A DNA stretch of 64,000 bases from Escherichia phage vB_EcoP_ShWW44, in the sequence record PQ900156.1; one strand, written 5' to 3'. Positions 47,996 through 59,779 of this stretch are shown one piece after another. The notes under the pieces are model-generated. The model was not told the DNA's origin, made no database searches, and was given only the letters and a program-made list of their open reading frames with translations. How positions within the stretch are numbered: position 1 is the first letter of the stretch; the number at the start of each line of letters is the position of its first letter. The position numbers and the translations under genes were made by a program.

Positions 47996-49942
47996 TTATC
48001 GAGGTTGCATATAGGGAGGTAAACCCTCTGCTAATTTTCGATAACGTTTAGCTCGTTCTTCATCTTCACGACTACGCTCACGTTCTACTGAAACATTAGA
48101 ACGGAAGTTCTGTGGAACCAGGTTTCCTTGGTTAGCTACCACAGTATTAACAGCAGCATCGAGTGCAGCTCGTGCCCTTGCTAACTCAGCCTCACGAGCA
48201 GGGATAGTAGCAGCAAGCCCACTTTGACCAGCAGCTACACGACGACGGGTATCAGCGAGTAAGGCTTCTGCTTGTGTTACCTGGTTCTGAGCGTTTTCAA
48301 TATTACCCTGTACCTGAGTAAGAACATTATCACGAGCAGTAGCTTCAATACCTTCCCCACGTCGTACTGAACGTGCTAGTTCTCTGGCAACGGTATCGTC
48401 AATACGAATACCTCCTCCACCTTCATTGGAGATGAATGGGTTAAGTGCATCAAGTGCTCGACTAATCATACCTTCCGGTACGTTGGTAGTAGATTGTTTA
48501 AGAATCTCGGCAGCTACAGCAGGAGACTGCCCGGATTCCTGCATAACATCATTCAGTCGAGCTATCATCCATCCTTTCTCAGAACCTTTGAAAGCATCCT
48601 TAAGAAGACGGTCTGCTACTTCACCAATGGTAGAGTTGTCACGCAATGCACGGGCATAGTTAGCAGTAATGGTTCCAGTATTATCTTCAGACTGACGTGC
48701 GGCAACTGTATTGCCTGCCATGTTTGAGACTACTTGTTGGGTCTGTAACTGATCAATAGGAGCACCTACTTCTGCCTGTGCAATTAACTGACGTGCTTCA
48801 CTCCATGGCATATCCTTATAACCACCTACACCCAAGTCAGGCAATGCAGCCCAAGTCTTGGAAAGGTTACCATTCTTACGGTCATTGAAGATTGCTTCAG
48901 CTATTTTGTCCTGTACTTCAGGAGTCATTTGCTGATTACGCCAATCCGAACCAAGTACCTTGGGAGCATAGTCTTCCAGAGTAGCTTTATTAATCTGGAA
49001 TGCTCCTACAGGAGAATGACCTTGCGACGGGTTATTAATCATAGTTTGCTGATGATTGGTAACCTCACCAAGGGTCATCTCGGTAATAGGCTTATCAGTA
49101 GCAGCAAAGGTATAGGTTGCATCGTAAGGTGATCCAGAACGAGTACCAGCAGTGCCTGGAGCAGAACCAGAAGCAGACGTTGCATAAGTACCTGGGAATC
49201 TCTGGTTCACACCTCGCATGATTGCAGCACGTACACCAGGGGAAGCATTCTGCATAGCAGACTCTGCCAATGTAAGAGCATCCATAGGAGTGGAAGCACT
49301 ACGGAAAATATCCGTCAGTATACCGGATGCAGCTTGTGAATCAGCATCATTACGTTGAGTCACACCCAAATCAAAGCGGTTCTGTGCTTGGTTAATAGCC
49401 TGACCACCTTGACCTTGCAGACGACTTAACATATCCAGTTGTTGGTCAGCAGGAAGTGCAGACAGTGCATCACGAGTCTGACTCAATGCAGCATTAATAC
49501 GATTCTGGTCACCAGACTGATAAGCCTCAGACAATAAACGAATAGCTGGAGATGCATTATCTAATGCAGAGTCAGTATTCTGTAAACGACCAAACGTATA
49601 AGCATTGAAGTCATTAATTCCCTGTTGCCCTTGCTGAGTCAGAAGTGTACTTGCTCGCTCATCCAGATTCTGAAGGGTATGTTGGTTTACCAATGAAGGG
49701 TCAACCCCCTGAAATAGTGCACCGGATGCCAAAGCATTACGGTATTCAGTAGGGTCTTGATACTGCATAGCATTCATCATGACGGCATTGCCAGCCTCCT
49801 GCTTGGCAGCGTTCTGGAAATTACCCAGTGCATCACTTAAGCCGGAGGTGGCGTTACCAATCATGTTGCCAAATGTGCGAATGCTGTCACCAACTCCAGA
49901 GAAGTTAGGTGCATCAACATTACGCCATGTAATTTGAGCCAT
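47996..49942 (-). CDS. virion protein (N4 gp51-position), 648 aa
   Basis: Position upstream of vRNAP in the late operon; AGGAAA SD. Confidence 0.55.
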   Translation of the reverse strand: MAQITWRNVDAPNFSGVGDSIRTFGNMIGNATSGLSDALGNFQNAAKQEAGNAVMMNAMQYQDPTEYRNALASGALFQGVDPSLVNQHTLQNLDERASTLLTQQGQQGINDFNAYTFGRLQNTDSALDNASPAIRLLSEAYQSGDQNRINAALSQTRDALSALPADQQLDMLSRLQGQGGQAINQAQNRFDLGVTQRNDADSQAASGILTDIFRSASTPMDALTLAESAMQNASPGVRAAIMRGVNQRFPGTYATSASGSAPGTAGTRSGSPYDATYTFAATDKPITEMTLGEVTNHQQTMINNPSQGHSPVGAFQINKATLEDYAPKVLGSDWRNQQMTPEVQDKIAEAIFNDRKNGNLSKTWAALPDLGVGGYKDMPWSEARQLIAQAEVGAPIDQLQTQQVVSNMAGNTVAARQSEDNTGTITANYARALRDNSTIGEVADRLLKDAFKGSEKGWMIARLNDVMQESGQSPAVAAEILKQSTTNVPEGMISRALDALNPFISNEGGGGIRIDDTVARELARSVRRGEGIEATARDNVLTQVQGNIENAQNQVTQAEALLADTRRRVAAGQSGLAATIPAREAELARARAALDAAVNTVVANQGNLVPQNFRSNVSVERERSREDEERAKRYRKLAEGLPPYMQPR

Positions 49943-49954
49943 GATGGTTTCCTA

Positions 49955-50398
49955 TTAACGAGTTAGCTTGTTAGCTGCAATGTAAGCATCAGCAGTAGAT
50001 TGGTCACGGTTCTCTGCTGTAGCACGGCTACGAGCACGGTCTTCCAGCGCAGTGTTATAAGACTTAATCTGGTTGTTCAGGTTAGTGTTAGTAACACTCT
50101 TAGTAAAGTTCAACTGGTCTTTGGCTAACTTATTGGCCTGAAAACCACCATAGATATTAGCTAATGAACCAATAGCACCTAGTCCTAACTGGAAGGTTGG
50201 TACGTTCAGACCCAACTGATTAGCTGAACCAGACAGGAAAGAAGTAGGGGTAGATGCACCCAAATTAGTACCCATACCAATAGCTGCACCTGGGTTATAG
50301 TTCATAGCTGGGGTATTAAAGTTCTGATTGTTATTAGACATCCAAGACATAGCAGCTGGCTGTGGGGTTTGGTTGCCTGTTAAGAATGACAAATCCAT
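49955..50398 (-). CDS. virion protein (N4 gp52-position), about 147 aa
   Basis: ORF; start moved from TTG 50419 to ATG 50398 with AGGAG SD. Confidence 0.5.
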   Translation of the reverse strand: MDLSFLTGNQTPQPAAMSWMSNNNQNFNTPAMNYNPGAAIGMGTNLGASTPTSFLSGSANQLGLNVPTFQLGLGAIGSLANIYGGFQANKLAKDQLNFTKSVTNTNLNNQIKSYNTALEDRARSRATAENRDQSTADAYIAANKLTR

Positions 50399-50411
50399 GG
50401 GGATTCTCCTG

Positions 50412-53066
50412 TTAAACAAGGTCAGTATTAAGGGTCATGTCAGAGAAGCTGCCAACCATGTTTAAAGACATGTCAGCTATATCTGAACCAGTCATGAGAG
50501 TACGTGACAGGAATGAATCCATTGACTCCATTGACACGAATTGCATTGGGTCAATTACACCCTGTCCAGCAGTACCAAACATTTCTTCATACTGCTTATT
50601 GATTGCCATCATATCAGTATTGTACTGCTGCATTACACTCTCTGCTTTCTGAATAGTAGCAGCCGTAGATGCATTAATATACTGACTAATACCATTACCT
50701 ACTGAACTGGTAAGCTGCATGATGTTTTGGGCATTCATCATTTCACCGGCTAAGGTAGATAATGATGTACCAGTAGACATAGCAGTACCAACATTCATAG
50801 CTACCATTGAAGCAATTGCAGCAATAATAAAGCCTAGTTTGTCGCCAAACAGTGAAGTGGATACTTTAGTAATAATGGATATCAGAATCATTGCAGCAAT
50901 GGCATTTGCTACAGCACCAACTATCACGGCAGCTAATCCAGCAAACCCAAGAGATGCACCAACTGCACCATATGCTCCAAGTATACCTGCACCACCAGTA
51001 CCCATAGTGAATACGGATACAACGACTGCAACTACAACCACCACAATCTTAAAGGCAGATGTTTGATACCACTTCTGCTTAACCTTCTTATATGAGTTCA
51101 TCACTAAGTAGGAACAGGCAGTAGATAATTGAGTACTTCGAACCAGTGACATTGAACGGTAGATGTTAGTGTGCAGTGGAATAATAAATCCACTCTCTTC
51201 TGCATCACCCATTGCCTCAGCAACATCAATGTGCACTGACTTATTCTTATATACCCAGTTATTGTGGTTTAAACCTAGTACTCTGAGTTTACGGTAAGTG
51301 TTATTACCATCCTGCCAGAGTAACTCATACTCCTGCATAGAGTAGAATGTATATGTAACCTCCAGCTTCTTAACTGAACCTGAGTTACTAGCAGTATGTA
51401 TGTTCTTGCGAGTAAGGGTTATATCTCCTGCATATCTGGCTCGAAGTTGTCCCTGCTTAGCACCAGACCATGCTTGCCCTGAGTGAGTAGTTTCAGATAC
51501 ATAGTTCCAGCCAATAGTCATGTCATACTTGTACTGCTTATTACTATGTACCCTAAACTCTCGCTTAGGTATGACTGGGTATTCTGGTAGTGGAGGAGGT
51601 GTTCCAACAATCTGACCTTCCTGCCTGTTCCACCATTCTACATAAGCATCGACTGCATCATTAGCTGCCTGATAGCCTGCAATTACTGCTTCCAGTGTCG
51701 GGTAGGTTGGGTCAGGTGGAAATGCTTCAGTAGCCATCTGAAAGAAACGGTAGATGTATTCTTTAGCAGTATCCTCTGGGGTATTAAGAGATACACCGAA
51801 TGTGCCATAAATGTACTGAATATCACCTATGTGATCATTCTTCTTAAGCTCTGTCACTACCTTATCGATTTTTCCACCAGTAGCTTTATAAAGAGCCTTT
51901 TTACAGTGAGGGTAGATTGAGTCATTCTCTACCCACTGTTTATCGTTCCTGATTGGAATGAATGGGTAGAATCGGTTATCAGTAGCCTCAGTATTAAACA
52001 GTGAGTCTAGAGCAACGTTACCAGAGTTCTGCTTATAGATAAGCATCTTAGGTGTACCTACAGCAGTCATCTCAGTATCAGTACGAGTAGTCTGGGATGA
52101 GTACTTACGAACCAGTGTCTCTGTAGTTGTAGTAATTGTATCGGTACGGGTAACACCACCACCTATATCAACTACATTAGTTGTTACAGTAGTACTGGAC
52201 TGAACCTCACCAAACTTTTTATGGGTCATTACCCTGTCAGATACAACTACAGTTACATCATCAGGTTTCTCAGTGAATCCCTTACGGTAAACCTTAACGT
52301 AAGAGTTCCAGTTATCCACACTTGGTTCGGTGACAGTACTATCTTCATCCGGTCTACCATCAGAGTAAACAGAATGAGTATGTATAGTCTTAGTAAGATT
52401 GGTTGTATTAGCTGTTGTATCACTTGATACGGTAGTCCATAGCAAAGTGGAGGGTAAGTCATCCTCACTATCATAGACAGTAGTCGGTCCTACTACAGGT
52501 GGATTAGTAGATGGGGACTTATAGAATGAGTAATCAGCATAGAGATACAAAGCACCTGGTTCAAAGTTAGTAGGTGTGAATTTAATAGTGGAACCTCCAT
52601 CCAGAGAGGTCATAGTAATTTCATTGGTATCTTCATCAATGTCTATGTCGAATCGTTCCATGATTCGACTTGGAGCATTCTCATAAAGATACTGGTCACA
52701 CCATTGCTCAAAGTCAGCAAAGCCTATCTCTGCTGCCTGAACATAAACGGATTCCCCAGCAGGTGGTGTAATTTGACCCTCTATTACAGTAGGGTCAATC
52801 TTAGCCAGTACACCTAATGAAGAACCAGCCATACCAACTTCTGAATCATAGTGGTTCTTACTCCAGCTGGAGAACAGTCGCATACGAATACCCGGCCCAT
52901 TCAGATAACTATCAGAGATAGTGTCTGCCATAGTGAATCCTGTATTGGAAACAATGTTACCAATGACTACAGTCTTCATATAGTTTGGGCGTTTGTGTAT
53001 ATCCCCTGCCATGTTATAGACAGAGGATGCTACGTATACTTTAGTCTTCCCACTGAATAAGCCCAT
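50412..53066 (-). CDS. large virion protein with multi-TM hydrophobic C-terminal region (ejection/membrane-interacting candidate), 884 aa
   Basis: ORF; several Gly/Ala-rich hydrophobic helices near the C-terminus. Confidence 0.55.
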   Translation of the reverse strand: MGLFSGKTKVYVASSVYNMAGDIHKRPNYMKTVVIGNIVSNTGFTMADTISDSYLNGPGIRMRLFSSWSKNHYDSEVGMAGSSLGVLAKIDPTVIEGQITPPAGESVYVQAAEIGFADFEQWCDQYLYENAPSRIMERFDIDIDEDTNEITMTSLDGGSTIKFTPTNFEPGALYLYADYSFYKSPSTNPPVVGPTTVYDSEDDLPSTLLWTTVSSDTTANTTNLTKTIHTHSVYSDGRPDEDSTVTEPSVDNWNSYVKVYRKGFTEKPDDVTVVVSDRVMTHKKFGEVQSSTTVTTNVVDIGGGVTRTDTITTTTETLVRKYSSQTTRTDTEMTAVGTPKMLIYKQNSGNVALDSLFNTEATDNRFYPFIPIRNDKQWVENDSIYPHCKKALYKATGGKIDKVVTELKKNDHIGDIQYIYGTFGVSLNTPEDTAKEYIYRFFQMATEAFPPDPTYPTLEAVIAGYQAANDAVDAYVEWWNRQEGQIVGTPPPLPEYPVIPKREFRVHSNKQYKYDMTIGWNYVSETTHSGQAWSGAKQGQLRARYAGDITLTRKNIHTASNSGSVKKLEVTYTFYSMQEYELLWQDGNNTYRKLRVLGLNHNNWVYKNKSVHIDVAEAMGDAEESGFIIPLHTNIYRSMSLVRSTQLSTACSYLVMNSYKKVKQKWYQTSAFKIVVVVVAVVVSVFTMGTGGAGILGAYGAVGASLGFAGLAAVIVGAVANAIAAMILISIITKVSTSLFGDKLGFIIAAIASMVAMNVGTAMSTGTSLSTLAGEMMNAQNIMQLTSSVGNGISQYINASTAATIQKAESVMQQYNTDMMAINKQYEEMFGTAGQGVIDPMQFVSMESMDSFLSRTLMTGSDIADMSLNMVGSFSDMTLNTDLV

Positions 53067-53067
53067 A

Positions 53068-53910
53068 TTAGTTCAGCCCGTTGTTAGACTTCAGCTTGGT
53101 CAAAATGGTATCAATACTTGCGTTAGTGAAACCATTAGGTGGATTCAAGCCTTCATCAATAGTTTTCTGAGTAATCCATGCATCAGTAAACAGCTTAGAT
53201 GCTTTAACTTCTGCATCCCGTTGATAAGAAGTAATCTGTTGAGAGTACAACTCTTTCTGTTTACCTACAGAACCAGTAACTAGTGTTCCATCACTACGGG
53301 TATCCAGTGTCTGTGCACGTTGTGCTTCGGTCTGCTCAGTAACCAGCTTAAGCTGTTGAGGTAACATCTGACTGGCGTTAAACAATGCAGCACAGTATGT
53401 CTCAGACTCAGTAGCAATTTTCATCTTAGTAAGAGCATATTCACTCTTAGCAGACAGTGCCTGAATCTTAGCCAATACAAACTGTGCTTTAGAAGTTGCC
53501 AGTGTGACACGAGCAGTAACTGCTTGAATCTGTGCCATAGCAGCAGCCCAGTATGCTTGGTCACGACCAAGTAAGAACTGAACAGCATTACTCATGCAGG
53601 ATTCCATCATAGCAATATATGCTTTGGTATATTCACCACCTGTAATACGGTTAGCCTTAAACTCAGCTTTAAGGTGATTATGTGCAGATTCCATTAATGC
53701 ATCAAACGTACCACTACCACCTACTTCACGGGTAGTAAGTGATTCATTGGATATTTTATCAATAGCACCAAAGATTGGAGAATCATCCCCACCAGGGATA
53801 TCCCATTCAGGGCCAGACATATCAATATCAGGAAGGGTAAAGTCATCACCCTTAGTTAACTCTTCTAGGAGTCGGTTAGCTTCTACCTCAGCAGAACAAG
53901 ACATAATCAT
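53068..53910 (-). CDS. structural protein (N4 gp54-position), 280 aa
   Basis: ORF in structural module. Confidence 0.5.
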   Translation of the reverse strand: MIMSCSAEVEANRLLEELTKGDDFTLPDIDMSGPEWDIPGGDDSPIFGAIDKISNESLTTREVGGSGTFDALMESAHNHLKAEFKANRITGGEYTKAYIAMMESCMSNAVQFLLGRDQAYWAAAMAQIQAVTARVTLATSKAQFVLAKIQALSAKSEYALTKMKIATESETYCAALFNASQMLPQQLKLVTEQTEAQRAQTLDTRSDGTLVTGSVGKQKELYSQQITSYQRDAEVKASKLFTDAWITQKTIDEGLNPPNGFTNASIDTILTKLKSNNGLN

Positions 53911-53980
53911 TCCTCTTGGTTCAAAAAGAAACGGCCCACGGAGTTACCCCAGTGAGCCGTGTTGAACTGTAGCTTATACG

Positions 53981-54622
53981 TTAATCGTTAAGGCTACCAG
54001 CAGCAATCTGTGCTTGAGCCAGTTGAGCTAATTCTGCTTCAGTCAACGGAGGCAGTACTTCAATGGAGAACTCACGTGCTTCTGTTGCACGGATATCTGG
54101 TAAGCCATTCTTACCTTTACGAGTGGTAATGTTAATGAACTTACGCTCTTTAAGGAACTCGTAGATACAGTACGGAATATGATAACCATTGTCGGTTACT
54201 TCACCGAATGGAACAAACTTACGCACAGTACCCATATATTCGTTAGCTACGGTGATAATCTCACCCGGCAGGTCTTTCTTCTTGGGGTCAAGGTTCTGGA
54301 TACGTACACGAATCAGTCGAGTCTGTTCTGCACGAATCTTCTGACCCAGGGTCATCTTCTTAACGCCAGCTTCTTGATTAGCACCTAGTGGGTTAACAGC
54401 AGCTTCTTCTACTACTGGTTCATCTTTTACTTGTGCAGCTTCAATCTTCTCACGAAGCTTCTCAACGGAAATGTTGTTAGAGAACTTGATATTCATCAAC
54501 GTTGCACGTTGCTTAAGAACTTCAAGTTCACTAGGCATTGCAATATCGTTAACGGTATCTTCGTTGCCCTGTACGTTCACTTCTACGTCAGTGGTCGGTT
54601 TATCGTTAATGCTCATGTTCAT
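53981..54622 (-). CDS. structural protein, 213 aa
   Basis: ORF in structural module downstream of the MCP. Confidence 0.5.
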   Translation of the reverse strand: MNMSINDKPTTDVEVNVQGNEDTVNDIAMPSELEVLKQRATLMNIKFSNNISVEKLREKIEAAQVKDEPVVEEAAVNPLGANQEAGVKKMTLGQKIRAEQTRLIRVRIQNLDPKKKDLPGEIITVANEYMGTVRKFVPFGEVTDNGYHIPYCIYEFLKERKFINITTRKGKNGLPDIRATEAREFSIEVLPPLTEAELAQLAQAQIAAGSLND

Positions 54623-54652
54623 ATTTCCTGTGGTTCATTTAGTTTTATTAAG

Positions 54653-54683
54653 AGGGGGACATAAGTCCCCCTTGTTTTATTTC
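54653..54683 (-). terminator. strong hairpin (AGGGGGAC-ATAA-GTCCCCCT) immediately downstream of the capsid gene
   Basis: 8-bp GC-rich stem read directly; T-run is on the plus side. Confidence 0.45.
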
Positions 54684-54689
54684 GGACTA

Positions 54690-55892
54690 TTACAGAGGAG
54701 CAACAGTCTTAATCAGAGCCAGACGTTCTGGGCGTTTAACCAGGATACCATAGTACCACTTGATAGAACTGAAGCCAGTTTCACCATACGGGTCATTACG
54801 GTCAGCAGTTTCTTTACCAGGCATCTTAGTCATGATGGTGAACTTAACAGACTTACCATCAGTCTGGAAGCCAATGGTAGAGAAGGAATCATCACCAACT
54901 ACCAGCATCGGGAACACATCGTAGTGCTCCTGACCAGATACCATAGAAGTACGGTAACCTGGGTTAGTAGTAACCTGTGCACCAGCACCTGCCCAGTGCA
55001 GCATTTCAGGAACCTGGATAATACGGAACTTATCAATACAACCGATTTCACCATTCATCAGAGTACCAGCATCAGCATAGTGCTGAACTTCGATGAATGC
55101 TTTGTTACCGAACAGGTCTTTCATCGCTTTCAGTTCTGGAACCAGCTCAGAACCAACGTACATTACACGAGTACCACCAAGTACTTTGGTATCTGTCAGT
55201 TTAGAACCAGTGATGATAGTAGTCTGGGTCGGAGTACGGTTCTCAGTAAGAATCTGGTCAAGACGCATCAGGTTCTTATAAGAAACTACAGACGGGGTAG
55301 AACCTTCACCGGTGATGGTTGCATCAGAGACAGCAGCACCTGCATACAGTACAGTACCAGCAGCAGCCAGCAGGTCTTTTTGGAGAACAGCTTCAGTCAA
55401 CTGTACAGCACCGTTCATCAGTTCACGAGACAGGTGTTCTTTCAGTTGATCATCGGAATCAAAGTCCAGAGACTCTTGAGTAAATTCGTAGAAGAAGCCG
55501 AACTTATGAATAGAACCTTCACGAGCCAGACGAGTAAAGCCTACACGGTTAACACGACCACCATTCTCTGACAGCAGAGGCAGTTTAGAAGTAATGTTAC
55601 CTACGTCTTTGGAAGAACCGTACAGGTTACCGTTAACGATGGTAGCACCATTAGCATCAATACCCTGGTCGTTAATGTTCTTATCGTCGAGCAGAGGAAC
55701 GTACTCATATACCTTAACAGTCTTACCGTAGTTCTTCGGCATGTTAACGGTGTTAGCCAGAGGCATAAAATACTGATCTTTACGGGACTGAATAATAGCT
55801 TTCTTCAGCCAGTAATAGGTATTCATCTGGTCGGAACCAGCACCATCAATGCTAGATTTCTGACCGTCAATTGGAGCGTTATAGTTTAACAT
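54690..55892 (-). CDS. major capsid protein (N4 gp56-like), 400 aa
   Basis: Size and position as recalled for N4 (portal, scaffold-like, capsid order); followed by strong hairpin. Confidence 0.7.
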   Translation of the reverse strand: MLNYNAPIDGQKSSIDGAGSDQMNTYYWLKKAIIQSRKDQYFMPLANTVNMPKNYGKTVKVYEYVPLLDDKNINDQGIDANGATIVNGNLYGSSKDVGNITSKLPLLSENGGRVNRVGFTRLAREGSIHKFGFFYEFTQESLDFDSDDQLKEHLSRELMNGAVQLTEAVLQKDLLAAAGTVLYAGAAVSDATITGEGSTPSVVSYKNLMRLDQILTENRTPTQTTIITGSKLTDTKVLGGTRVMYVGSELVPELKAMKDLFGNKAFIEVQHYADAGTLMNGEIGCIDKFRIIQVPEMLHWAGAGAQVTTNPGYRTSMVSGQEHYDVFPMLVVGDDSFSTIGFQTDGKSVKFTIMTKMPGKETADRNDPYGETGFSSIKWYYGILVKRPERLALIKTVAPL

Positions 55893-55908
55893 ATCATCTC
55901 ATTCCTGT

Positions 55909-57129
55909 TTAAAGACTACCCGGTACTGGGAGTTTAGCGAAATCTTCATCACTCATAGCGAGTGGGTTTACAATAGGTGTTGCTTTACGTGTAGCAGCCC
56001 GATTAAGGGAAGCTGCTTTAGCTTGCTCGTTGTTAGCCAGAGTCTGCTTAGGTTGTGCCACACGCACTACCGGCTGAACTGCTGGTTTAACTGCTTGTAC
56101 TGGTTCAGGCTTAGCCACTTGGTTAAATGCTCCCTGTTGTGCAAGGAGGTTACCAACGTAGTTATAAGCCTGAATGAACGGAGTACCTACCGGAATCTGA
56201 CCTAACACCTGAAGACGATTCACTTCATTAGCAATGGTGTCATAAATACCATTCTCACGTTGTTCGTGAATGGTGTGGAGTAAGCCACGATTCTGATAAA
56301 GAGCATCTTTACTGGCAGCATCCCATGTCGAGCTAATAACACCTAATGTAGCTTGTCCTTCTTGAGTAGACTTTAAGTCGTCAATTTCGGTTGCAAAATC
56401 TGCTTCGGTGTCTGTAACACGGTGTTTGCCACCCTGGTAGTTAATCTCCTCTTCTGGATTAAAGTCCAGAGGATCTGTACCAGAGTCTTTCAACAACTTT
56501 TTAATGGCTTCAGGATTCTTCTTATCCAGGTCAATCAGGAAAGAAAGTTTATCCTCATCCATTAAACCGTTGTTCTGTAGCATCAGCATTACCTTACGGT
56601 ACGGCTGAAGTTCTTGCATCTTACGAGTATAGTTAGCACCCATCTGCATCAGGCTAATGGCCTCCTCCGGTGAACGGGGAGTAATCATTTTGCCGTTAGC
56701 TTTAAAAGGAGCCATCAACTTCTCATAACCTTCCTTATAGTTGAAGTCAGCAGGCAGACCTTCAGACTGTTTGCCTTCTTCTTTCTGTTCCTGGCCTGGT
56801 TCAGCAGTAGAAGGTTCAGCTTCAGTAATCGGCTTACCGTTACTATCAACTTCTGTGTCAACAACTTTATCATCAACTTTATCAGAAGTTAAAGAATTTG
56901 CTGAATCATCTTCATCTGGGTCAGGTTCAGTGGGGGTTTCTTCAGTTGGTAGGTCTTCAACAGCAGAGGGGTCAACTTCTTCATCAGGAGTCTGTACGCC
57001 GTTGGTTTCTGGGTTGTTCTGAGTGGAAGTATCTTCCTCAGCAATAATAGCTGGGGCTTCCATATTCAGAATCTCATCATCCGACATTGCGAGAATGTCG
57101 GAAGCTGTGGTTGCAGCTTCCGTAGTCAT
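55909..57129 (-). CDS. putative scaffolding protein (acidic, Glu/Asp/Pro-rich N-terminus), 406 aa
   Basis: Composition and position between portal and capsid genes. Confidence 0.45.
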   Translation of the reverse strand: MTTEAATTASDILAMSDDEILNMEAPAIIAEEDTSTQNNPETNGVQTPDEEVDPSAVEDLPTEETPTEPDPDEDDSANSLTSDKVDDKVVDTEVDSNGKPITEAEPSTAEPGQEQKEEGKQSEGLPADFNYKEGYEKLMAPFKANGKMITPRSPEEAISLMQMGANYTRKMQELQPYRKVMLMLQNNGLMDEDKLSFLIDLDKKNPEAIKKLLKDSGTDPLDFNPEEEINYQGGKHRVTDTEADFATEIDDLKSTQEGQATLGVISSTWDAASKDALYQNRGLLHTIHEQRENGIYDTIANEVNRLQVLGQIPVGTPFIQAYNYVGNLLAQQGAFNQVAKPEPVQAVKPAVQPVVRVAQPKQTLANNEQAKAASLNRAATRKATPIVNPLAMSDEDFAKLPVPGSL

Positions 57130-57148
57130 AGGAAATATCTCCGGTTAA

Positions 57149-57493
57149 TTATTCGTCTTCAGGTTCAGCACGAACTGCATCGAGTTCTTCTTCTACCTGA
57201 AGAATAACGTCAGCTTCATTCTCACCCATACGAATGGCGAGGTCGAGCCAACGACGTAAGTGACCAGCAGCTTGGGCCATATTCAGTGCATCTGCACGGT
57301 TATTAGGTTCAAGCAGTGGGTCACCAGACTCCTGCACGTAACGTGCACAATCTTCCACACAGAACTGGCGAAGGATTACTTTACGGAACAGTGGGTTCTC
57401 CAGAAGTTTACGTACATCTTCTGCATGTGCAACTGCACCTTTAGCAGCTTCCAGTCGATGTTCCAGTCCTGCGATTGTTGATTCTTTACTCAT
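57149..57493 (-). CDS. hypothetical structural-module protein, 114 aa
   Basis: ORF. Confidence 0.45.
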   Translation of the reverse strand: MSKESTIAGLEHRLEAAKGAVAHAEDVRKLLENPLFRKVILRQFCVEDCARYVQESGDPLLEPNNRADALNMAQAAGHLRRWLDLAIRMGENEADVILQVEEELDAVRAEPEDE

Positions 57494-57506
57494 GTGAAGG
57501 TCTGCC

Positions 57507-59777
57507 TTATAAGTTCATACCAAGAGCCGATGCTGGGTCTTGGCTAGGGTCATAAAACTGGGAACTAAGTGAATAAGTCGGGTCTTGCTGTGCAGCTAAG
57601 TCACGTTCCTGTAAAGAGTTCCCGTTAGTCAAAGCATTATATCCGACAGCAGCAGATATGTTGGGGGTAGTTTCACCTTCTTTAGTAGGTGTTGTCAACG
57701 CCTTAGTTATTTGAAGGTTCTGGTTTCCTTGAGATTGTGCTTTTTGTTTCTCCATATCACGAGCATGTTTAGTACCAGATTCCTGTTCCAGATAATCCAG
57801 GTCTTTGAGGTCACCGCTAGAAATAGCTTCTTTAGCCTTAGCATTATTGAGTGCAATCTTACTTTTCAACTCTTCATTCTCAAGCTGTGCTTTCTGAATT
57901 GCTAATTGCTTAAGCTGTTCTTCCATAGGGTCTGGTTGTGGTTTCCAGGTACGTAATTCATGAGCAAGGTCTGGCATACGTTTAAGTTCTGCAATCTTAG
58001 CTACAAGAGATAACGTAATAGTCTGGTCAACTGTATTACCTAACGTTTGAACCATGAAGCTCAAATCCTGAGATTTCTGGTTATCAATTTCAGCAGTATT
58101 AATATCAACCTCAATATCGAAGTTACCTTTAAGGTCTTCACGGTTAATTTCTACATACTGCTCATTAGTAATACGTACTACTTCCTTCTCAGATAAGAAC
58201 ACAGCATTCATTGCACAAATCTTAGTACCAATGTCTGCCATACCCTTAGCTAATCGGCGAAGGATTGCCATCTCACGTTTGGATGCTGCATCAAGTGCAC
58301 CGCGGATACCAGCAGCTACATCTCCATAAGCTGCACCAGTTACACCACCAGAAAATGCTTTAACACCAGTTAGTGCCTCTGCTTCCTGGTTCTGCATCTG
58401 AGTCATTACTATTGCCGACTGAGGTAACTCAGGGAACTTGTGTTCCATAATGGCCTGACTAGGATTCCCCTGCATTGGGTTGTATTCATAGTCTTGCCCA
58501 TCATCATATCGACGACGGTTTAGAGTATCTAACATCCCTTTAGGATAACCACGTTGCCCGTTTGCACTTCGACCCAACAGGTCAATCATCCCACGCATTG
58601 TTGCACCAAGAATTGCTTGGTTATCCCCTAGTAGTTCAGCGTCAGCTTCACCAAAGAGTTCACGTTTACGTGGCATGTAAGGGACAACTACCAGAGGTAA
58701 CTTACCATCTGGGAATGGGTTCTTCTCCATACGAATAAGAGTAGAACCAATCCAGGTAGCAACAATTGGTTCCAGTGAACCGTCATCATTAATGTCGTAA
58801 AATCCCCAGTACTCATAAGCAACTACTTTCTTACGTAATGCATCTTTAAACTGGAAATCACCAGGAGTTTTACTTTCATGGTCTGGGTCAGTCATAGGGC
58901 TAGAACTTTCCCAGTCAATTTTATCCAGATTGTGATAGCGGTCTTTGTTCTTCATGAGGTCTGCTTTGCAAGTCTCAAATGAGATAACTGCATAAAGAGC
59001 CTTATCCAAATCACCATTACAGCTTGGGTCAATAACTACGTTGTTGGGGTTAAGCATTTCAACAGTAGGTCTGTTAACCAGTGCTTTTTCTACTTCTACT
59101 TCAGTAACACCCGTCTGGATTGCATAGGTAGCTTCCCCAGTTTCATTGAAGTAGTTAACAGCTTCCTTAATATCTTCTGGCATCGTTTCGTCATATTCAC
59201 GAGGATTCTCTGCCTGAAGCTGTAAAGCCTGCTGAAGAATATCTGCTTGTTCCTGGTTCTCAATTGGATACAACTGGAAGACTGGGGTTTCTGTTTTAAT
59301 CTTAACAGTCTTACGTTCCCAACCAATACGAGCAATGCCAGTACCATCGTCTACGACACTGTGTACGTAATCATCCACCAGTTTTACTTTATTAAGCTGG
59401 GTACGGAATTGGTAGTTAAGCACTAGTTCATTCTGACGTGCAGCTAACTCATCCTCAAAAGTAACAGGGGTTACTTTAAAAAGTTTGTTAGACGAGAGGA
59501 ATGGTTCTGACAATGGTGCATAACGCCATTCTGCCTGACGGCGAACCAGTCTAGGCTGGACTTGGGAACGGCCCTTAACCTTTGGGGGTTTAGCCTTACC
59601 CTTAACTTCCATCAAGTCATTCCACTCACGAATCTGAGCCATGATTGCATCGTGAGCAGGTTTAGCTGATTCCAAATCACCTTTCAGTAATTGGATACTT
59701 GGTTCCTTCTTCCAGTCCGTTAACTTCTCTGATTGAGCCGGGTCTGGTAAAGGCTTAAAAGTGTCTTGGTGTTCCAT
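57507..59777 (-). CDS. portal protein (N4 gp59-like), 756 aa
   Basis: Size and position. Confidence 0.7.
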   Translation of the reverse strand: MEHQDTFKPLPDPAQSEKLTDWKKEPSIQLLKGDLESAKPAHDAIMAQIREWNDLMEVKGKAKPPKVKGRSQVQPRLVRRQAEWRYAPLSEPFLSSNKLFKVTPVTFEDELAARQNELVLNYQFRTQLNKVKLVDDYVHSVVDDGTGIARIGWERKTVKIKTETPVFQLYPIENQEQADILQQALQLQAENPREYDETMPEDIKEAVNYFNETGEATYAIQTGVTEVEVEKALVNRPTVEMLNPNNVVIDPSCNGDLDKALYAVISFETCKADLMKNKDRYHNLDKIDWESSSPMTDPDHESKTPGDFQFKDALRKKVVAYEYWGFYDINDDGSLEPIVATWIGSTLIRMEKNPFPDGKLPLVVVPYMPRKRELFGEADAELLGDNQAILGATMRGMIDLLGRSANGQRGYPKGMLDTLNRRRYDDGQDYEYNPMQGNPSQAIMEHKFPELPQSAIVMTQMQNQEAEALTGVKAFSGGVTGAAYGDVAAGIRGALDAASKREMAILRRLAKGMADIGTKICAMNAVFLSEKEVVRITNEQYVEINREDLKGNFDIEVDINTAEIDNQKSQDLSFMVQTLGNTVDQTITLSLVAKIAELKRMPDLAHELRTWKPQPDPMEEQLKQLAIQKAQLENEELKSKIALNNAKAKEAISSGDLKDLDYLEQESGTKHARDMEKQKAQSQGNQNLQITKALTTPTKEGETTPNISAAVGYNALTNGNSLQERDLAAQQDPTYSLSSQFYDPSQDPASALGMNL

Positions 59778-59779
59778 AG

